NCBI GenBank assembly: GCA_018061865.1
Contig: JAGOTH010000002.1
Coordinates: 1-58,071 of the forward strand
DNA length: 58,071 nt
Direction: 5' to 3'
From: Minisyncoccota bacterium
Lineage (GTDB): Bacteria > Patescibacteriota > Minisyncoccia > Phycocordibacterales > UBA9973
The notes below the pieces were generated by a model, which was not told the origin of the DNA, made no database searches, and worked only from the letters and a program-made list of their open reading frames with translations. The translations under genes and the position numbers were made by a program. Numbering within the stretch: the first letter of the stretch is position 1; the number at the start of each line of letters is the position of its first letter. This document shows positions 25,360 through 34,720 of the stretch, piece by piece.

Positions 25360-26346
25360 CTATATATCTTCTAATCTTTTTATTTCCCCTCTTTCTAAAT
25401 TCTCTATAAGCCAAGACATTTTATGTCTGGCCTCATCTTCAACCGTATCCCATAGCCAAGAAGAACGATTGAAAGTCTTTGTAACAAGATTTAATATCTT
25501 TTGGACAGCATCAAACAACTCTTCTGTGTCTTTAAAAATAATTCTATTGAGTCCATTTCTATCTACATCTAAATCAAGATGAGCCACAGTCTTATCCCTA
25601 ATATCTTTAAGATATTCTATATTTGTTTGTTGAGAATCAATAATTTCATTAATTTCTTTTAATTGTTCTTCAGAGGGCTCTAGTAATTTAATAATCTTTT
25701 TTAGATTAAGTGATGGATCTTGTTTGTCAAAAAACAAACATAGATCGATTACAAAAACATAGAAACATCCCCTAAGAATACTATTAAAAACAAAACCATA
25801 CTTGCTTATAACAGACACGAAATGATCTGCCCTCTCAACACCAGCTTCATTTGTATTTCTTGCAGATTCTATCCACTTCCATAATAAGTAAGAAGTGTAA
25901 GCAGAAGACATTCTTGAAATTGCCAAAGTGATCATATTCTCAAGCTTGATAAGTCTTTTAACTTCTTCATTTATATAATTCTCTGGTATTTCTTCTGGAT
26001 TAAACCACTTCCATTCAGTAAATTTTTCTGGTTCCATAAGACGAGGCTCTTGGTTACTTGAACAACGATAAACCAAAACCTTGTCATCTTTATAGACTCC
26101 GCTAACTTCTCCTAAAAATTTTTCTATTTTTAAATCGTTAAGTCCTACCTCTTCTTCGGTTTCTCTTTGTAAAGCTTGTTCTATGGTTTCTCCATCGTCA
26201 CATCTTCCACCAGGACAGGTCCAAACTGATATAACCTTATATTTATCTTTAGTATAATTCCTTAGCCCACACAGAACTTTTCCGTCTCGAAAAATAATGG
26301 CTTGAGTAGCTATTTTATTACCACCTTTTTCTTTTAGTCTATGCAT
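25360..26346 (-). CDS. Nudix hydrolase fused to a HEPN-like (AbiU2-style) C-terminal domain
   Basis: aa 47-69 GRCDDGETIEQALQRETEEEVGL fit the Nudix box Gx5Ex7REUxEExGU. The helical C-terminal ~190 aa carry RDKTVAH (aa 250-256, nt 25579-25599), which matches the HEPN Rx4-6H motif. Confidence 0.65.
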   Translation of the reverse strand: MHRLKEKGGNKIATQAIIFRDGKVLCGLRNYTKDKYKVISVWTCPGGRCDDGETIEQALQRETEEEVGLNDLKIEKFLGEVSGVYKDDKVLVYRCSSNQEPRLMEPEKFTEWKWFNPEEIPENYINEEVKRLIKLENMITLAISRMSSAYTSYLLWKWIESARNTNEAGVERADHFVSVISKYGFVFNSILRGCFYVFVIDLCLFFDKQDPSLNLKKIIKLLEPSEEQLKEINEIIDSQQTNIEYLKDIRDKTVAHLDLDVDRNGLNRIIFKDTEELFDAVQKILNLVTKTFNRSSWLWDTVEDEARHKMSWLIENLERGEIKRLEDI

Positions 26347-26516
26347 ACGGTTTTACTTATTTAAACTACTGTTTTACCAATTGGGAAAATAATACAATAT
26401 TTTTATCTAAATAGAAAATTTACCCTATATCCTTCTCTTTAAATAAAATAATTTTGAACCAGAAAATAATCTTTATTTACAAGATAAAAGAGATGTTTTA
26501 TCTCTTTTATCTTGTG

Positions 26517-26592
26517 TGGTGCGCCCACTAGGAGTTGAACCTAGGACCGTTCGCTTAAGAGGCGACTGCTCTACCAGCTGAGCTATGGGCGC
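26517..26592 (-). tRNA. tRNA-Lys (anticodon CTT), 3' CCA encoded
   Basis: The reverse complement folds as gcgccca-ta-gctcagctggtagagc-...ctCTTaa...-ctagg-ttcaact-cctag-tgggcgc-a-cca. Terminator hairpin at 26481-26514. Confidence 0.9.
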
Positions 26593-26665
26593 GAAATTGA
26601 CTGAAATGAGACTAACGAGCTCGATTATAGCCCGTTCTAGCCTTAAAAAACAAGGGTTTTAACCT

Positions 26666-26695
26666 TTGACAAACACCCATTAACTATGGTATAAT
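26666..26695 (+). promoter_or_regulatory. sigma-70-like promoter
   Basis: TTGACA, 18 nt spacer, TATAAT, upstream of the gene starting at 26716. Confidence 0.6.
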
Positions 26696-26715
26696 AACAA
26701 AAAAGCTATTTGAAA

Positions 26716-27963
26716 ATGATAAATTCGATAAACAAAGCTATTGTGTGGCTAGTAGTCATAACAGTAGCAATCTGGCTATTTCTTGCCGGATTTAATTTGG
26801 GGCCATTTGCCCTTGTGTTCCCTGCCCTCACAATAACATTCTGGAGATTTATACTCTGGGATGCAAACAACAAGAACTGGTTTGTTGTAAAGGCCAGAGA
26901 AAATGAAGCCATCTGGGCGGTATCAGGCGACAGTGTGCCCAAAAAACCTATTTTTACATCAGAAGGTAGAAAGATTCTCAGAAATGGAGACATGAAAGAA
27001 GCTCCTAGTAAAAAAACTGGGATAATGAATGGACCTGGTATTTTTGGTTCAGGAATTTATTTTCTTCCCAACCTAGGTAGAATCGGTGGTGTAAAAATAC
27101 TCAAAAAGAAAATGTCTTGGCTCGAGTACGAGCAAAAAGACAAGACATTTGATTTGATTCCTCGAGTAAAAGAAGAAACTCCTTATATTTACACGAAGAC
27201 TGCCAACTATGCAGTAGTTTTAAATAGCATAGAAGACATGGACGGACTTCGGGTTGATCTGATAATAGGAGTCCCTGGATTTTTCGAGAATGTTAAAAAA
27301 CCAGTTTTTAAAGTAGATGAACCTTTTGCAAGAATACAAAATATTTTGCAAGATGCAGTAGTCAAACTGGCACTGGAAGAATTAACCTTCGACTTCATGA
27401 CCCAAACAGAGGGAAATCAAGGAAACGCAAATATTCTCAAAAGGAAGAAGACCTTCGAAAGAATAAAAGAAGTTATCAAGGAATCTCATTCTCGTATAAA
27501 AGAAGAGCTAGGGTTTACTATTGTTCAAGAGATGATTATCTCTTTCGAACTTGCAGGTGCTATCGGTCAACAACTATACGAAAAGCTGGCCGGTGTAGAA
27601 ACTGCCCGACTTGATGCCAGAATAACTGTCATGAATGCAGAGGCTCTAGCCGACGCAGCGATTCACGAAGCAAAGGCAACAACGGTAAAGGGTAACGCAG
27701 ACGCTACGGTTATTAAAGCAAAAGGTGGGGCCACAAACAAAATCCTTAATAAAAGAAAGAAACAACTCGGAGAAATGGGATTCGCAATGAACCAATTCAA
27801 TGAGGGAATTTCTAATTTCCAAGGAGAGGCCATTTCCATCAACTTTGGAAGTGACGCCAAAAGTAACCTTCAGTTTGTAAAACCCATCGGAGGCGGTGGG
27901 GGCAACAAAGGAGGTGGAAACACACCTCCGAAAAAAACCAAACAAATAAAACAAAAAAATTAA
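26716..27963 (+). CDS. SPFH/band-7-like membrane protein
   Basis: Trimmed from the TTG at 26710 to the ATG at 26716. N-terminal TM hairpin, then VVKARENEAIWAV...GIYFLPNLGRI (SPFH-like). Ala-rich coil LDARITVMNAEALADAAIHEAKATTVKGNADATVIKAKGGA and a Gly/Lys tail. Confidence 0.55.
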   Translation: MINSINKAIVWLVVITVAIWLFLAGFNLGPFALVFPALTITFWRFILWDANNKNWFVVKARENEAIWAVSGDSVPKKPIFTSEGRKILRNGDMKEAPSKKTGIMNGPGIFGSGIYFLPNLGRIGGVKILKKKMSWLEYEQKDKTFDLIPRVKEETPYIYTKTANYAVVLNSIEDMDGLRVDLIIGVPGFFENVKKPVFKVDEPFARIQNILQDAVVKLALEELTFDFMTQTEGNQGNANILKRKKTFERIKEVIKESHSRIKEELGFTIVQEMIISFELAGAIGQQLYEKLAGVETARLDARITVMNAEALADAAIHEAKATTVKGNADATVIKAKGGATNKILNKRKKQLGEMGFAMNQFNEGISNFQGEAISINFGSDAKSNLQFVKPIGGGGGNKGGGNTPPKKTKQIKQKN

Positions 27964-27969
27964 AAAGAG

Positions 27970-28227
27970 ATGAGCTTAATTGTATGGATTATTTTTGGGG
28001 TGATCATGGGACTGATAATTTTGGCAAACTTTTTCTTCTTTAGAAATAAAGATTCAAAGAAAAAAACCAAAAATCAGGAGGATGATATCATCGCTCCGAA
28101 ATTCAAGACAAAGGATCCTTGGCAAAAACGGAACCTGTTTAATGGGTTCCTGTATTATGTCGGACAGCCCGCAATTTGGTTTGTGGGAGTGTCGCTGATA
28201 TTCTACGTAATTGTCAACGGATTCTAA
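27970..28227 (+). CDS. small two-TM membrane protein (85 aa)
   Basis: ATG preceded by AAAGAG, 6 nt after the SPFH-like gene. Hydrophobic helices at both ends. Confidence 0.5.
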   Translation: MSLIVWIIFGVIMGLIILANFFFFRNKDSKKKTKNQEDDIIAPKFKTKDPWQKRNLFNGFLYYVGQPAIWFVGVSLIFYVIVNGF

Positions 28228-28280
28228 AAAATAGGTGCACCCTCAAAAGTGCACCTTTTCTATTTCTAAAAATTGAATTC

Positions 28281-28309
28281 AAAACGCCCCGAGAATACGG
28301 GGCGTTTTT
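28281..28309. terminator. bidirectional intrinsic terminator
   Basis: aaaacgccccg-agaata-cggggcgtttt. A second hairpin at 28233-28256 ends the plus-strand operon. Confidence 0.75.
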
Positions 28310-28330
28310 CTTTTCTTTACTCTTCCCTAT

Positions 28331-28705
28331 TTAAGTAGGCAAGTCTCCATCATAACCAACAGTATTTCCAACAATTCTGATTATTGTATAAACCGCCAGC
28401 ATTATCACAAATCCGATAATACCCCACATCATATGTTGCTGTCCGTTCTTCTTTGCGTCAGCTGATTCCCAGTCTTTTATGTATTGGAAAACTCCCCACA
28501 TAAACACAAGTAGTGCAACTGCAAACATGAAGTAGATAACGGGGTTTATAATAAGAGCCCCAAGCTTTCCAATAAAATCTCTTATTGGTTGCAAAACAGC
28601 ATCATTATCCCCATCCGCGGCATACAGAAAGAGCGGTGACGCCACCGCTCCTACTACAATCAGAACTTTATTCGAAATCGATTTCAAAGTCTGGAATTTC
28701 ATCAT
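28331..28705 (-). CDS. TrbC/VirB2-like pilin paralog 5
   Basis: Start trimmed to the ATG (MMKFQTLKSISNKVLIVVGAVASPLFLYA signal peptide). Two TM helices flank the loop DWESADAKKNGQQ. Overlaps the upstream paralog's 3' end. Confidence 0.6.
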   Translation of the reverse strand: MMKFQTLKSISNKVLIVVGAVASPLFLYAADGDNDAVLQPIRDFIGKLGALIINPVIYFMFAVALLVFMWGVFQYIKDWESADAKKNGQQHMMWGIIGFVIMLAVYTIIRIVGNTVGYDGDLPT

Positions 28706-29024
28706 CTGTAATTGATTGTCCTTGATCAAGATCAAAAGTACCAGCAAGTATTCCTACAAGTCCCCATAGACATAGTATTCCTGCGAAAATTCCGACAGCA
28801 AGAAGAACTTTGTCTTTTGCAGCTTTCTTTGCATCATCATCTTTTGCAATAAAAAGCATAATCATCTGATAAACGAAGAATAGGAATCCTAGGGCAAGAA
28901 GGAATGGGATAAGGTCGTTAATAAATCCTCCGAGTGTTTCAAGGACACCTTGAATGTCATCAGCGGCAAATACAAAAACTGGCATAAATCCAGCGATTAT
29001 TCCAAATGGAAGTAATTTTTTCAT
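28668..29024 (-). CDS. TrbC/VirB2-like pilin paralog 4
   Basis: Signal peptide MKKLLPFGIIAGFMPVFVFA. TM, loop AKDDDAKKAAKDK, TM. Acidic tail. Confidence 0.65.
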   Translation of the reverse strand: MKKLLPFGIIAGFMPVFVFAADDIQGVLETLGGFINDLIPFLLALGFLFFVYQMIMLFIAKDDDAKKAAKDKVLLAVGIFAGILCLWGLVGILAGTFDLDQGQSITDDEIPDFEIDFE

Positions 29025-29103
29025 CTAATTAATATAAAGTTTATAACTTCTAATAAATCAATTATAGCATCAAAAGTCCCCTGTAAACAGGACCTGTGGA
29101 ATA

Positions 29104-29601
29104 CTATATTCCGTTTATTGTATTTAGAATTATTCCCACAATTCCAAATATAGTAACCATGACAGTGAAAGCTATAACACTCCAGAGCATATACTCTGCA
29201 GCTTCTGCTCTCTTTTCTGATTTTGCTGGATTGTTAAGATAACTTATTGCATTCCAAACAAAGAATACGAAGGCAATGGCAATAACGAGAGGAATTAAAC
29301 TTTTTGAAATCAAACAAGTCGCAAAATTAAAAACATTAGCCACAGATCCGGCTGGTTTATCGGGACAATTTCCGAGCCCACTAGAAAAGGATCCACTTCC
29401 TCCACCTTGGCCAACCGTAAAAGGATCTATGTCGTTGTCTCCGCTTAAGACATTTATGTTTGTATCTATACCAGAACCTGATCCGTCAGTTTGAAGTATA
29501 ATCCCGTCTTTTTGTGAAGTAGTAAAACCCCAAGTATCTGTTCCCGCGAAAGAAAATGCTGGAGTTACAAGTAAAATAATAAGTAGGAGTATATTTTTCA
29601 T
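29104..29601 (-). CDS. TrbC/VirB2-like pilin paralog 3 (Gly/Ser-rich insert)
   Basis: Signal peptide MKNILLLIILLVTPAFSFA. TM, loop NNPAKSEKRAEAAE, TM. Confidence 0.65.
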   Translation of the reverse strand: MKNILLLIILLVTPAFSFAGTDTWGFTTSQKDGIILQTDGSGSGIDTNINVLSGDNDIDPFTVGQGGGSGSFSSGLGNCPDKPAGSVANVFNFATCLISKSLIPLVIAIAFVFFVWNAISYLNNPAKSEKRAEAAEYMLWSVIAFTVMVTIFGIVGIILNTINGI

Positions 29602-29609
29602 CTCAATAT

Positions 29610-29975
29610 TTAAAGTGCGTCTATGGTTCCTTGTAATGCTTCGGCGATGGCGTTTGCACCGAGAATTAGAGCAGTTCCGAGTACCGCACCTAAAAACATA
29701 CTTTTGGCGTTTGTCAGTTTTGTTTTATCCCCCATTGCTGTAACAAACAAAAATCCTGAGTAGATGAAAACAATTGTCAGAACAGGTATTGCGATAAGTG
29801 TAATGATATCAATTATAAGAGTTATCACTTCTGGAACATCATCGGCAGTTCCTGCGATAGGGTTTTCGAGCTTTACATCAAGAGTGTAACCGTCCCCTTC
29901 GGCGGCCATAACTGGGCTAAAGGCTAGAAACATTCCGAAGGCTAAAGCAGAAAATAATTTTAGTGTTTTTTTCAT
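29610..29975 (-). CDS. TrbC/VirB2-like pilin paralog 2
   Basis: Signal peptide MKKTLKLFSALAFGMFLAFSPVMA. TM, loop MGDKTKLTNAKS, TM. Confidence 0.7.
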   Translation of the reverse strand: MKKTLKLFSALAFGMFLAFSPVMAAEGDGYTLDVKLENPIAGTADDVPEVITLIIDIITLIAIPVLTIVFIYSGFLFVTAMGDKTKLTNAKSMFLGAVLGTALILGANAIAEALQGTIDAL

Positions 29976-30000
29976 TAATTTAATATTATCACAAATAAAA

Positions 30001-30384
30001 TTAGCCTAAAAACTGAGTACACGAATCACAACCCAAGGCCTCGAGAACAAACTCCACAATAAGCCAAGCAGCTAGGGCAATAGAGAGACCTATTAAAACA
30101 TTCCACATCATTCCCTTGGCCTTCTTTATTGCATCAGGACTTGCCCCTTTGGTTAGAAATATCCAGCCAGCGTACATGATTATTATAGTCGCAATAGGAA
30201 TAGCTAAAGTAAAAATCAGAAAATCAATAACATTATCAACAAGAAGTACTACATCTTCGAAGCTACAAGGGTCTCCTGCGTTTCCATTACACGGAATAAG
30301 ACCGTAATCTGCAGCTGAAGATGCCAGCGGGAAAATTAGAACTATTAAAGAAAATATAATTAAAAGTATTTTTTTCATAAACAT
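30001..30384 (-). CDS. TrbC/VirB2-like pilin paralog 1
   Basis: Signal peptide, PCNGNAGDPCSFED, then TM, loop KGASPDAIKKAKG, TM. Resembles the CPR T4SS-pilin-type family. Alternative ATG at 30378. Confidence 0.7.
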   Translation of the reverse strand: MFMKKILLIIFSLIVLIFPLASSAADYGLIPCNGNAGDPCSFEDVVLLVDNVIDFLIFTLAIPIATIIIMYAGWIFLTKGASPDAIKKAKGMMWNVLIGLSIALAAWLIVEFVLEALGCDSCTQFLG

Positions 30385-31688
30385 TATTTTACCAACGAAT
30401 CAATCTTATCTGATATTTCTGACACCGCTCCGGATGCATCATAAAACCCGTTTGTAACACCGCTTATACCTTCAGCAAAGATTCTATATGTCGCGTCTTT
30501 GTCTGGGTCTATCCAAGTCCGAGAAAGTAGAGCTGCACTCCAAAATCTTGATAAATAAGGGTCTTCTGGTTTTACCTTCAAAAGACTTCTCTTTGCAGGA
30601 GCTAATCCCGACAGTGTCGAATAAGACATCAGATTTTCATCCTTCAAAAATTCTGTTATGACAGAAAGAGACGCTTCCTTGTTTGCTGAGTTTTTCATTA
30701 TAGCCAAGCCTTTTATTCTACCAACGGTGTAAGAAGCGGTTGTCCCTTCTGGTCGAGGAACTAAAGCTACGTCAAAATTTAAATTTGGATTCTTCTTCCG
30801 AAGAAACTCTGCCTCACTGGAATATCCGAAATAAATTGCAAGTCTTCCAGAAAGAAATTCATTTTCATCATAAGCAATAGATTTATTCCAAGTAAAAATT
30901 TCAAGTGAAGGATTGGAGAATGCTGTAAAATAATTTATTGCATCTATTAAAGACTCTCTTCCCTTTTGATTTGAAGACCCTACACCACTTTCTAGTTCGT
31001 CATTTTCTCTATCGTAAGAAGTTATCATTCCTCCTGCCTGAGAAGAAAGTAGCGCCAAAACAGTCTTCGGATAACTAGTGTTCTCAAATACTCCAAAAGG
31101 TACAGCGGAAGCGGTAATAGCTCCAGAGGCTGTTTCAGAAGTAAGCAAAGGAGTAATTTCTACCAACTCATCCCAAGTGACAGGTGGAAGCGGTAATGTT
31201 TTTTCTGCAAAAATAGTTTTGTTCCAATACATAACAAAAGGATCAATAGTTACAGGAAAAGCCAATGTTCCCTTATCTGACAAAAATATTGTTCCCGCAT
31301 CAGCAAAAGCGTCTCGAAAAGTTCTTTCGGGATAAGAGTCATAAAGTGTCGGAGAAATCAAATCTTTCAAACTCCAAATGTTTGTGTCATCAACTAAAAT
31401 AACATCTGGCGCACCACCACGAGCGATAGCTTCGACTATGTCTTGAACAAAATCAGCACTATCTTTCTCTACATATTTGATGGTTATATCTTGATCGGTA
31501 AATTCTAAATTATCAAAAACTTCATTCATTATTTCAGAACTTTCACTTCCCCAGACTGTTATTTTTACGCCTTTCTGTTTATTGTTGCTAACCCCACCTT
31601 TTCCAGAGAAAAAGATAAGACCAAGAGCGATAAAAACTGCAAAAAATATTATTACGCCGAGTTGAATTGGAGAAAATCTTTGAGCCAT
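30384..31688 (-). CDS. membrane-anchored extracellular solute-binding-like protein
   Basis: 434 aa. N-terminal anchor IIFFAVFIALGLIFF, with overall sugar-type SBP family 1-like sequence. No ABC permease or ATPase adjacent. Confidence 0.55.
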   Translation of the reverse strand: MAQRFSPIQLGVIIFFAVFIALGLIFFSGKGGVSNNKQKGVKITVWGSESSEIMNEVFDNLEFTDQDITIKYVEKDSADFVQDIVEAIARGGAPDVILVDDTNIWSLKDLISPTLYDSYPERTFRDAFADAGTIFLSDKGTLAFPVTIDPFVMYWNKTIFAEKTLPLPPVTWDELVEITPLLTSETASGAITASAVPFGVFENTSYPKTVLALLSSQAGGMITSYDRENDELESGVGSSNQKGRESLIDAINYFTAFSNPSLEIFTWNKSIAYDENEFLSGRLAIYFGYSSEAEFLRKKNPNLNFDVALVPRPEGTTASYTVGRIKGLAIMKNSANKEASLSVITEFLKDENLMSYSTLSGLAPAKRSLLKVKPEDPYLSRFWSAALLSRTWIDPDKDATYRIFAEGISGVTNGFYDASGAVSEISDKIDSLVK

Positions 31689-31695
31689 AGTTTAT

Positions 31696-32202
31696 TTATT
31701 TCTTTCTTAATACTAACACATAATTCGAGTCGCCTAAATCAAAGAAATTAACCTCCTCAAAAGGGCTACCAGCAAAGTAAGACCTGGCCTGTTCTCTTTT
31801 TATTGCATTAACGGGCCTAGCTTCCCACTCGAGCAGAAAAATGAAACCTCCTTTCTTCAAAACTCGAGCAGATTCTTTTATTGCCCCCTTTTTGTCTTCC
31901 AACATAAAAAATGTGTTGCAGATTAGTACCGCATCACAAATCTCATCTTTTATCTTAGTCCCTCCAAGATTTTCAACATTCCCCCAAATTGGTTCAACAA
32001 TAGAACCGACTCGCGCACTTTCGGCTTCTTTTTTAATTCTACCGATTAAATCTTTTTGAACTTCTACAGCATAGACTCGGCCAGTCGGAGCAACGGCACG
32101 CGCCACCTCGACAGTCATAAGAGCACTTCCAGAACCAAAGTCAGCAACTTTCATTCCTTCATGAAGAGGTATTTTTGATAGAAAATCTGAAAATAAAAAC
32201 AT
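31696..32202 (-). CDS. class I SAM-dependent methyltransferase
   Basis: Motif I VADFGSGSA, 168 aa. Confidence 0.75.
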   Translation of the reverse strand: MFLFSDFLSKIPLHEGMKVADFGSGSALMTVEVARAVAPTGRVYAVEVQKDLIGRIKKEAESARVGSIVEPIWGNVENLGGTKIKDEICDAVLICNTFFMLEDKKGAIKESARVLKKGGFIFLLEWEARPVNAIKREQARSYFAGSPFEEVNFFDLGDSNYVLVLRKK

Positions 32203-32244
32203 TCTTAAATTATATCAGATTATATTTAATTTTAAGCAAAGGTT

Positions 32245-34719
32245 TTAAAGTAGTGACACAGAGGCTATTGTGTCAGACTCTCTCAATTTCATAATTCTAA
32301 CCCCTTGAGTAGATCTTCCGAGAACCGGAACAGAAGAGAGTTCTGTTCTTATAACTTGGCCTTTTTTAGACATGGCAATAAGCTCAACTTCATCTTTTAC
32401 AAGTCCCGCAACCATAACTGGACCAGTTTTTGCAGTAACATTAGCAGTCTTTATTCCAGAACCTCCTCGCTTTTGAATTTTATATTCATCAACGGGTGTC
32501 ATTTTTCCAAATCCAAGCTCACTCATTACAAGAATTTTTGCCTCCTTATCTCCTTTTTTGATTATTCCCGCACCAACGATCTGATCGGTTCCTGCAATCT
32601 TAAATCCTCTAACTCCTCCAGCTGTGCGTCCCATCTCTCTAACATCTCCTTCGTCAAAACGAATTGATTGTCCTTTTTTGGAAACAAGCAGAACACTGTC
32701 CCCTTTTTCTACGATGTTTGCATTAACAAGCTCGTCATTTTTGTCTAGTTTAATAGCGATTATTCCACTTCGACGAACATCCTTGAAGCTCTCATAAGAC
32801 ATCTTCTTGGTTGTTCCATTTTTAGTTGTGAGAATTAGCATCGCTCCATCTTTATTCTTCATGTCTTTTTTAATTGAAAGAATTGAAGTAATGCTTTCTT
32901 CACTAGGAAGAGACAGGAAGTTCATAATTGATTTTCCTTTTGTGGCACGCTTTCCTTCTGGAATATCAAACATTTTTATTTGATAAGCTCTTCCGAGATT
33001 GGTGAAAAATAGCAAATCATCATGAGTATTTGCAGTTAGAAGCATTGTTACAAAATCTTCTTCTTTTGTTTCAAGATCGATAACTCCAACTCCTCCTCTT
33101 TTTTGACTTCTGTATTCGCTTGGGTCAGTTCGTTTTACATAACCTCCCTTTGTAAATACAAGGACTGATTCTTTTTCAGGAATTAAGTCCTCTACAGAAA
33201 TTGTTTTTACTCCACCACGGATAACCTTGGTTCTTCTTTCATCTCCGTATTTGTCTCTTATTTCTTTCAATTCATCAGAAACAACTTTCAAGATTTTCTT
33301 CTCACTCTTTAGAAGTTCTTCGAGACGAGCAATAAGTTCTTGTTTTTCTTTCAATTCATTCTCAACTTGTTTTCTCTCAAGTCCCGCGAGTTTCTGCAAA
33401 CGCATTTCCAAAATAGCGGTTGCTTGAATCTCTGTAAATTTGAATTCTTTTATAAGATTGAATTTTGCTTCTAGTGAGTCTTTTGATCCTCTGATTGTAG
33501 AAATAACTTTATCAATATGGTCTAGAGCTTTCTTAAGTCCGAGCAATATGTGCTCTCGAGCTTTAGCCTCTTTAAGTTCAAACTGAGTTCTTCTTGTGAT
33601 CACCACCTTTCTGTGAGAAATAAATTCTGAAAGAAGAGATGTTAGAGATAGTGTTTGTGGCACACCTTCAGATAGAGCAACAATGTTGTAGTGAAAAGCG
33701 GTTTCTAGGTCTGTATGTTTATAAAGATAATTCAAAACCTTTTGAGGGTGAACTCCTGTTTTTAGATCAATCGCAATTCGAATATCCTTTGTAGACAGGT
33801 CTCTGATGTCTTTCACCCCTTCAAGTTTTTTCTCATGAACCAATTCTGCAATTCTAGAAATCATTTTTGCCTTAACAACCTGATAAGGAATTGAAGTGAT
33901 TATGATTTGGGCAACTCCAGTTTTTTGTTCTACAATCTCGGCTTCTCCACGAATAATAACTGGACCTCTTCCTGTTCCATAAGTGTGAACAATTTCTTTG
34001 TCTACATATACAAGTCCGCCAGTTGGGAAATCTGGTCCTTTTATAAACTGAAGAAGGTCTTCAGTTGTGGCGTCTTCATTCTCAATCAAATGCAAAGTTG
34101 CATCCACTACTTCAGTTAGGTTGTGAGGAGGGATCTTGGTCGCCATTCCCACAGCAATTCCAAGAGTTCCATTCAATAGCAGGTTTGGCACCGCAGCAGG
34201 AAGAACAGATGGTTCTTTTCTTGTTTGGTCATAGTTTCCTCTCCAATCAACAGTTTCCTTTTCTAGATCACGCATCATCTCTCCGGCAATTTTGGACATC
34301 TTAGCTTCCGTATAACGCATCGCAGCAGCATTGTCTCCGTCGATTGTTCCAAAGTTTCCTTGTCCAATAACTAGAGGATATCTAGTTGAGAAATCTTGAG
34401 CCATTTGAACCATGGCATCATAAACAGAAGTATCTCCGTGTGGGTGATATTTTCCGAGCACGTCTCCCACTACCGCCGCGCTTTTCTTGGTTCGGGCAGA
34501 AGAGTTAAGTCCCATTTCATGCATTGCGTATAAAATTCTTCGGTGAACTGGTTTAAGTCCATCACGAACATCAGGAAGAGCACGAGAAGTAATAACACTC
34601 ATCGCGTAACTAATGTATGAATCTTTCATTTCCTTTGTAATCGGAACTGAAATAACTCTACCTGTGTGAACTACAGGAACATCGTTATCTTTATTTTCTT
34701 TTCCAGTTTTTTTCGCCAT
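32245..34719 (-). CDS. gyrA: DNA gyrase subunit A
   Basis: 824 aa. DGLKPVHRR, active-site [11 protein letters not shown], and C-terminal beta-pinwheel repeats. Confidence 0.97.
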   Translation of the reverse strand: MAKKTGKENKDNDVPVVHTGRVISVPITKEMKDSYISYAMSVITSRALPDVRDGLKPVHRRILYAMHEMGLNSSARTKKSAAVVGDVLGKYHPHGDTSVYDAMVQMAQDFSTRYPLVIGQGNFGTIDGDNAAAMRYTEAKMSKIAGEMMRDLEKETVDWRGNYDQTRKEPSVLPAAVPNLLLNGTLGIAVGMATKIPPHNLTEVVDATLHLIENEDATTEDLLQFIKGPDFPTGGLVYVDKEIVHTYGTGRGPVIIRGEAEIVEQKTGVAQIIITSIPYQVVKAKMISRIAELVHEKKLEGVKDIRDLSTKDIRIAIDLKTGVHPQKVLNYLYKHTDLETAFHYNIVALSEGVPQTLSLTSLLSEFISHRKVVITRRTQFELKEAKAREHILLGLKKALDHIDKVISTIRGSKDSLEAKFNLIKEFKFTEIQATAILEMRLQKLAGLERKQVENELKEKQELIARLEELLKSEKKILKVVSDELKEIRDKYGDERRTKVIRGGVKTISVEDLIPEKESVLVFTKGGYVKRTDPSEYRSQKRGGVGVIDLETKEEDFVTMLLTANTHDDLLFFTNLGRAYQIKMFDIPEGKRATKGKSIMNFLSLPSEESITSILSIKKDMKNKDGAMLILTTKNGTTKKMSYESFKDVRRSGIIAIKLDKNDELVNANIVEKGDSVLLVSKKGQSIRFDEGDVREMGRTAGGVRGFKIAGTDQIVGAGIIKKGDKEAKILVMSELGFGKMTPVDEYKIQKRGGSGIKTANVTAKTGPVMVAGLVKDEVELIAMSKKGQVIRTELSSVPVLGRSTQGVRIMKLRESDTIASVSLL

Positions 34720-34720
34720 A

